Below are positions 51,901 through 60,900 of a stretch of DNA of 64,000 nt, in pieces. Numbering within the stretch: position 1 is the first letter of the stretch; each line of letters begins with the position of its first letter. Below the pieces are notes generated by a model. That model did no database searches. It was not told where the DNA came from and saw only the letters and a program-made list of their open reading frames with translations. Source of the stretch: Perna viridis (Eukaryota); assembly GCA_037379345.1 (NCBI GenBank), contig CM074515.1, positions 8,742,001-8,806,000 of the forward strand. The letters are read 5' to 3'. A program made the translations under genes and the position numbers.

Positions 51901-54900
51901 AGGATGCAGTGCGGGATGAAGATAATAAACTATTTAAGATCCATGATGTGGTGCAGCAGTTACCTCCCCCTCATTACAGGTAAACTAATTACAAGAAAAG
52001 TAGTATTTGTGTGATGTAACAGATCAAAACTGGGATATGTCAACTTGTATTAAGCTGTTTTTTTGACTAAGTATGGACAAACAATGATAAAAGTAAAAAT
52101 GAGTCGCTTATAGAAAAGTGAATGTTAAAAAACGTGATACTTCATCGATCAATGACATTTGAGAATCCTAAATGAAACTAAAGTGAATAATCAATTAAAA
52201 CATGTATATTGTAAAAGGATTGATTATTTAAAAATACATGTATATTGCTTTGAAATTGTATTTTTAATAAATCATTTGCATTGAAATGATTCCTATTTAC
52301 AGAACTCTGGAATATTTGATGAAGCATTTAGCAAAAGTTTCCACAAATGGCAATGAAACAGGCATGCATTCCAAAAACTTGGCCATAGTATGGGCTCCCA
52401 ATCTTCTCAGGTATAAACTAATCGGTTATAAGGAGGATTCAGTTCATTTTTATTAAAGCTTCTTCAATGTCAAAAACTCCTACAAAACAAGTTATTTTCT
52501 TTAATGATTACAATTAGTCAAATTAATGCAGAATTTTTTTTAAAGAACAATTAACATGCAGGTAAATCGAAGATGTTGTATCTGATATCAGCTGCAATAC
52601 TAGAAGTGTAGAATTATGTAAGTTCCAGTGTTTTTTAGTTTAGCTCTTGCATATGGCTGCAAAAAATTTGTCTTTATTCAAAAGCATAAGAAGTTAAGAA
52701 AATTGGCAAATTTACTGAATGGCTGATTGTTTCAGGTCAAAGGAATTAGAGAGTGGGGGTGGGGCAGCAGCCTTACAGGGTGTGGGGATCCAATCTGTCG
52801 TTACAGAATGTCTCATTGTTTATACTTCAGGTCAAAGGAATTAGAGAGTGGGGGAGGGGCAGCAGCCTTACAGGGTGTGGGGATCCAAGCTGTCGTTACA
52901 GAATGTCTCATTGTTTATGCTGATCTCATATTTAGTGATAAAATGCCTTCTTATAATTCCCCTGAGTTTACACGTAAGTATTTGGTACTATTTACTGTAT
53001 CTTTTTTAAGGAACATGTACTAGTGTCAATAGCTGTAGAAATTTTTCCGCCTTTTAGCAGCATTCTGCTATTTCAAATCCGGATTTTACCATTATGATTT
53101 TTTTCCTTATATTTACTTCCGATTTTGCCAATTTCTGCTTTGTTAGTAGACCTTGTAAAATCATACCTGGTACAAACTGGCAAAGTATGTAGTATATACA
53201 TGATACATTAACAATAATATACTTCATTGTCTTAAGTAAGGAATACAAGCTATATGTACATATTCTACACTTTGTAGATAAAATCTTTGCTATATATTAT
53301 TTTCTCTAATCATTTAGGCACTTTTTCCTTTTGCATCATCTTTGTAACTACATGTACTTCAATAAAAGAAGGAGAATTATAAACCATATCTACATATTTG
53401 TAGAAGCTCGTAAGAAGCCCAGACCAAAGTCTCTAGCAATATCTACACCAACTAAGCTGATAACTTTAGAGGAAGCAAGAGAGAGAGCTCTATCTGCTAG
53501 CCTTCGTCCCAATCCACAGAAATATATAAATGTTGGTGGAGGGCCAGATAAACTGCCATCTAAATATCACACAGTTATAGATCTGCCAAAATACAAGTAA
53601 GATACCCTCAATAAAATGAAGTATAAGATATGTAATCCTTTAGAGTTTTAATTTCTTATCGTAATCTTTTTGAAATATATTTTTATTAAGGTATTTATCT
53701 TCATGAAGTTCATAACTATTGAATAAAATGCAGTTCTTGATTGTAGTTAGTTTATGCTAAATGTTACATAAATAAAAAAATAAGGAAAATGGACAATGGC
53801 AACTTGAATAAAAACTTTTTGACTTTTTATTAGAGTTTATATAATTGTTTTATTATAAGAATACCTTTAGCAGTGAATTGACATTATCAATATTTATGCT
53901 GTAGGAAAAGGATGCCATTGAGGGACAATACCTCTGCTAATGTGAAGGGTAAAAAGTCTCCAGGGAGTTGGAGGTCTATATTTACCAGGGGTTCAACTCG
54001 AGGGAGCATGAAACAGAAGGGAGGTAATGATACAATGAAATCTTTTTGCATCTTAAATCTTTCAAAAAATAATATCTTTCACAGAAATGCTAAAAAGAGT
54101 TGTATTTAAGGGAAGTGTTAAGTAATGAAATTAAGGAAACAGTTTAGTTGCATTCTATTTATAGATATCTCCCACCATTTAACCCTATACAACCTTTTTC
54201 CCAGCCTATTTCATTACTTGTGATAGTTCACAAATTACTAGATGCATTTATGCTATTAAGAAAGTTAACATAAAATATGGATTTAACTTTCTCTGCATGA
54301 CTTTTAGGAGAATCTGTACTTTAATACATAAATAAACCTTAAAAAATTCCTTGAAGCTAGAGATTTGCCTTATTTTTATTTTTGGAACATGTTCTGTATA
54401 TAGCAACAGACTAATTTTACTGTGACAATTTCTCTTGATATCCCCACAGCCCCTGAAAGATGACTCACAATGTTTCCTGATATTTCAATGATAGTAAATC
54501 TCAGATTCTTATCACAGAAATTTATTTTGACAAGAGTTGAACTAATTGGTTTTACACCTTTAAGCCGAAAAATCAAATGAGACAGGAGAGATTTCTTATG
54601 TGTGGCTAAATATCAAGCTTTTACACGGACATGGGATGAAGATTATTTTTTTTTCTATATTAGGGCAGAATTAAGATACTATAATTTAAATCTGTAAATG
54701 AGCTGACTTGATAAATCAAAATTTTCAGAATAAAAAGCTGATTTAATTAATAAAAACACAGACTACATTTGTGATATGTCTACATGTCACTAGTACCAAT
54801 AACTTCAAAGTAATATCTCAAAATCTATTTAAAAAAAAAATGAAAGATGTATTCTCAATACATTGGAAGAGTTTATAAATGTATTTAATTTGCCCTTTTT

Positions 54901-57900
54901 TTTTTCAGAAGAACACCTGATGGATATGGAAAAGAAAGCCATAACAGAAGATGATGTACAGAATTGGAAACGGAGGAGAATACGAGTTGCAAAAAGTGCT
55001 GAGTCATTGATCAATCTACCAAATAGAGACCACAGACTGTCACGGCAGTTTGATGACTTCTCTAGAATTAATTCTTGTTCAGGTATGATAAAAATATTTG
55101 AAAGATGGCTCATGTATAGGAACAGAGGTAGATTTTATTTCAGTAATTTTACTTTGGTGGTCTTTTGTGTCAAGTTTTCTTTTAATTATATGAAGCATGA
55201 ATATTTAAGAACATTCAGTTATTTTTTTCTATGAATAGGTTCTTGGTATTTCAGGTTAAACATGCAAACTTTCCAGCAGTCAGAACTAGAAATTAAAATT
55301 CATTGTGCTTTTGTTTTTCTGATATCCTTGAACTTTTTTTCAGACGAAGAAATGTCTCCACGTACCAAACATAAAAGATCAGCTTCAACAGAGTCTCCAA
55401 GATGTTTAATGAGTAATGATTTCCCAAGCTTTATAGAACCAGGATCCAGGGAAGTTCCTGTAGATGTTGAAATGACAGATGGTTAGTTCTTCTTTCAGAA
55501 TAAATTATAATGATTGTATTAGGTCCCTGATTTTTAAACTGAATTACAAAATTGTGTACCTAGACATTTTGCTTAGAAGTTCTGATATGTTTTTGATCTC
55601 ACAAGTAGAGTAGGATTGTTAGGTAGATATTTTATGAGTAAGCAAAACAAATTTGGTGAAATAAAGACATATGAATCATTTCCTTTTAAAGGAACACAGA
55701 TGCTGTAATGTTGAAGTGTCACTGAATCATTAATTTACAATCAAAAAGCCTTGAATTGATAACTTAAAACATGACTGACCAATGTAGATCATATCAAAAT
55801 AGCTATAAGTTCTGAACAATGAAAAGGTCATTTGATGTTTTTGTCAGTCTTTTACATGATCAGATTGAAAAATTCACTTAAAAAAACGTTTGTATGTAGT
55901 TATTTTAAGGAAGGATTTATGTATTTAACTCCTTGTTTTCAGATAAATATTGGAAATGTGTTATTTCATCACATACTCTGCCTTTTACAAAGTATCAGAG
56001 CGAGTGAACGAGTTTTTCGACCACATGTGGACGTTCTAACATGTAAACAAAATCTCTCGGACTTTTACATCATACAGGCAAACAGCCAAAACTTCCGAGT
56101 GATGAAAAAAATATTTATTATTTGTAAAAGAAAATTGTGAACACATTTTGTATATTGATTTAAATAGTCTGACTTCTGTGTTAAAACGATTCAATCGATG
56201 AATTAATAATTACTAACTACAACTGATTTGTAGTTTCAGTTCAATGTGCTTTCATTACCTCTTCGTTTTCTCTTCATTTCGTTACCTCTGAAAGATTGGC
56301 GGGAGAATGGTGGACTTGTCAATCTTTTTTCTTAATTAATCAACTAATAAATGTATGAAGATTCTCCGAGTTACTTCAATTAATTCGTATACACAATGGG
56401 GCTGTAGGTGTACCGTTAAATCAATTATGCAATCAACTAATCAGTTACAGGTAAATTACAATCACAGGTAGCTGCACATTGGCTAAAATTGACACACACC
56501 TGTCAATTAATTTCCAATAAACGATTAGGAGACTGGTAGGCAGGATGTTTATGCGCTATTAAAACCACGCAGACTGTAATTTATAAGGGTTGATAATATT
56601 TTATGTCAGATATTGGAAAATGGTCGTCAGTCATTTGCAAAATTTGTTGGTCAATGACCAGCATTTTTGACCGTTTCCGGATCCACAGTCATTTGATATG
56701 CAAAGTTGTTACTAGAAGCTGAAGCAAAACAATATGTTTTTACACTTATTACAAAAGCTTAATTTTCTATAAGAAGAATAATAATACCAAACTTTTTATT
56801 TGATTTCATTGCAGATTCCAGCTCTATTGATAGCAGCATGGATGTAAGGAAGGACAAAAAGGCAGAAAGAAAACAATCATTTGTAAGAGGAGATGAAAAA
56901 AGAAAACCAACCCATCGGAGAACTCCCTCAGGATCTGCAACTCCTAGAAAGGAATCTGTTCCTCAAAAGGAAAAAGCACCACTTCCAAAAGATAAAAAAG
57001 CAGTAGTATCTAAACCTATAGCTCAAAGTGAAAAATTAAGGCGGAAAAATGAAACTAACTTTGAAAAAGAAAACAGAGAAAAGCTAGTACAGAAAATTGC
57101 AAAAAGTGTGAAAAATGAAGAAGTGAAAGTGATAGGGACACGTATAAGAGCTGATTCAGTGGGTGATAAGGACAAATTTGTTCTCCATGTTGAAGATGCA
57201 ACTGTATTTTCTACAAGTAGTCCAAAACCATTAGAATCTAAACATACAAGTGACCCTCATTTAAGACATAGTGGGGAAAAGAAACTTAAACCCTCATCTA
57301 GCTCTGAGAGACTGAAAGATTCATCCAAAGAGAACAAATCAAAATCAGGTAAAGGCAGATCCGATATTCAACCAATAGGGAATCTTCCAGAAAGTCCTGG
57401 TGCTAGACGTAAAAATTGGATGAATACATCACCTGCATCAACTCCAGAAGAGTCACCTACAGGATTTTACTCTCAAAGGAAATCTGATTTTGATGAACTT
57501 CTTTCAGACAGTGAACAGTCAAAACTAGCCAAAAAATCACTGCCTAAATTTCCAAATCTGCCAGACAGCCAAAGTGATCCGAACCATTTCCGATCTGATG
57601 TCTCACCTGGAGGATATGATAATTTAGATTCTCCGTTTTCATCCTCAGATTTTCAACATTTTGAATCTCAAACCACCACTACATCTAAGACACATACTAG
57701 CAACTTTAAGCAACATTCATATGAAGAAGAAGAATATGACAATTTACATCCACAATCAAATTCAATGTCACCTCCATTTACATCCAAAATGTCTAAGTGT
57801 TTGAGTGTACCATCTGACATTCAGAAATCTTTGGAGAATCTTACATCTGGAAGTCAGACTGATTTATTATCATCAGTCACCATCAGTGAAATCTCTACTT

Positions 57901-60900
57901 CAGTGGAAAGTTTTAGTGTTGGTCAGAGTGATGATACGTCTAAGGGTCACAGACAATGTCGGAGAAGTACATCTTTGGACAGTGTTAATGACTCTGAATC
58001 ACCATTGACAAGGACCTTGAAGGAAATTAATGCACAAATAGACAGGGCTTTCAAAAGTGAATCAGACAAGGCACAGAAGATAAAAAAGGAACAGTTAATA
58101 CAAGCGAAAACAAATGAATCTTTGGATTTCTCATTACAATCTAAAACAACTGTCCAGCATCAGAGTAGTATAGAATCTGAATCTAATGTTTACACAGACC
58201 GGCCTGCATCAGAAATACAGGTGGTTGAAACACCCCAGTTAGTAAGAAAGGCAGTGAGACCAACACAGATATCACAAGCTAAATTAGAAACTAACATTGA
58301 CAATGAACTGTTAATGGAACATACAAAGGAGGTATCTGTACAAAGGACTCATGAAGCCACTGAGAAGGTTCAGTTTGGACTTTCTGATGAAGATTTTGTG
58401 AATTTTGAGAAATACAAAGCTGAAACAGGCAACAAGATAGACATGTCAGAGGAAGATTTTGAATTCTTCACAAAGCAAGCTCGTTCAAATCAATCATCTA
58501 AACGTCATTCAGTAGCATCAAGTATTGCAAGTCCTATGTCTGACATGAGTCCAGGGGAATATCGTAGGAGAATTGTAAGTCCTACCAGTGATTCTGGTCG
58601 ATGGAGAAATGTTGATAAATCTGATGGAGAACATACAACACCTACAAATAGCCCACCTACAGTGCAGAAACCCACTAAGATGAGAACACCATCACAGGAA
58701 GAAATTCATGCTAGTCCTGTTAGCAGGAGACCAAATCAAATCAGGTCACCATCACAGGAAGAAATAGCCCATGCTAGTCCATCAGCTATACCAAAAGTCA
58801 GTAAATTTCGTACTTCTCAAGAGGAAATTTCTCATATAAGCCCATCTGTTCATCATCGTAAAATACGCACCCCATCTCAAGAAGAACTTTACCATGGAAG
58901 TCCAGTTACTCATCGACCAACAAAAGTTCATACTCCATCACAAGAAAACCTGCCACATTTGAGTCCATCTGTTAATAGACCAAATAAACTTAGAAATCCA
59001 CAAGAATCATCTGCCTCTCAGTTTGTTGAAAACCCAATATACACAGGACCGTCTAGTACTTCACCCAAAAGTCCACCAGCAAAAATGTCACGTAATGAAC
59101 ATGGACCTCTGAGGCTAGAAACTGCCATTGATGAAACTTTGTTTAATAATGATTTAAATGAAGGAAAGGAATCTGCTGAAAGAAATTTTGAAAAACTTCT
59201 TTTTAAAACAAGTCAGAGAGTGGATGGCGAAAATGCTGTTGTACAAAGTCCAAGGTCACCAAGACAACAGCCTCGTTGGGAAGATCTTGCCGGATTAAAT
59301 CAAGATTTTGTGTCCGTTATTAAAAAAGATTCACAGTCACCCAAGTCTCAAAAAACATCAAGACCACCCCTTGGTTCATCATGTCAGACAAGCATGGATA
59401 GTCCTGAAGAAATTCCTTTCGATAAAAAATTACAGGATTTGTCTACTTTCAATGAACATTGGAGGACCCAATTAGCTCCTACTGGGGATGTTTGTCGCCT
59501 GGGAAGTCATGGAGACAGACTGAATGAAGTTTATAATTCTGATACTAAAATAGAAACCGAAAGGCCATCAATTAGAAGGCTGGCTGATAGAATTGACATT
59601 GAAATTGAGCGACCTTCAATCCAAAAATTAGCAGATAACATTAATAGACATTATGGATTTGAAGGTGAACGAACCCTCAGAAGGTCATCTACAGTTGCAG
59701 CAATGGAAAATTTGGAGGAGTATGAACCCAGAGTTCGACAGAGAACTCCAGAGTGTAGCACAGATGAGCAAACTTTAACATTAGAAAAACCTATGATTAA
59801 ACGATGCCAAACTGAATCCAATATTCCTAGGATAAAACAATCAACAGTTGTAACACAAGATACTTCTAGCAATACATCCTCAAGTGCAAATTCTGAACCT
59901 ACACATATTGAGTATGAACCAACTGATCACGGAAAAGTGCTAAGAACTAATTTTACGGATAAATCTCAAAGTGCTAAAGCCAATTCTAATCAGTCAGGGG
60001 GAGTAACTCTGCCACCATCATATCCTGTCATGCCTAGTGGACAGACATGTCATTTAGTTCATGAAACACCTGCTCCTATGGAAACAGACATTGATGGGCA
60101 ATATATGAATGATCAACAAATTTTGTCTGAAGTGTTACCATTTGGTTCTGTTATTGATGATATTGATTTTAATGAGAGCTGTTTTGGAATTCCAACCCAT
60201 CAAAACTTGTCGAATGAAATGCGAGAAAAAATTCAAGAAAGACTAAAAGCTGAACGTGAACAGGCAAATGCAAACATTCCAGAAAGAACTGAAACTATAC
60301 AAAGCCCATTCAGTGATATAAGAAGTCCAACTCAAAATGTTCAGTTGATGGAGATAGAAACACATTTTTCAGCAGATCCTTACCAAATGCCTGTGGCTAC
60401 CGTTCATTTCTTAACACAAGGACCAATAATTCATGCTTCACCACAAGTCATTGAAAAGCTTGACAATTCAGAGGAGGCTGCTCAAAATGCAATAAACCAA
60501 GATCTAGAATTGAGCATGACTCAGAAAAAAGTATCAGAAACTAATAAAACTCCAGCCATGTTCCAATCTGAGATAGTTGGGGTTTCTGATCAAGTAATAA
60601 GGCCGGATTTAGGCAATATGAGGAACACAGGCTTAGAAAATATGACTGTTGTCACTCCAACAGAAGTGCAAATTGATTATTCAAAAACAAAAAGAAGTTC
60701 TGAATTTCCAGAGCTTCCCCCTCCAAGACGTGAATATATAGAAGTATATCGACCAGTACTTGTCAAACGTAAAATTCCAGATCCAGCAAAATCTAACAAT
60801 GCTCAGAAGTCTAGTTTACCAGTACAAAAGCCAAATACTCTGTTGACTGGAGGTCAATCTAAACCATTCTGTGCCCCTTCCGATATTCAGGTAAAGCCTG

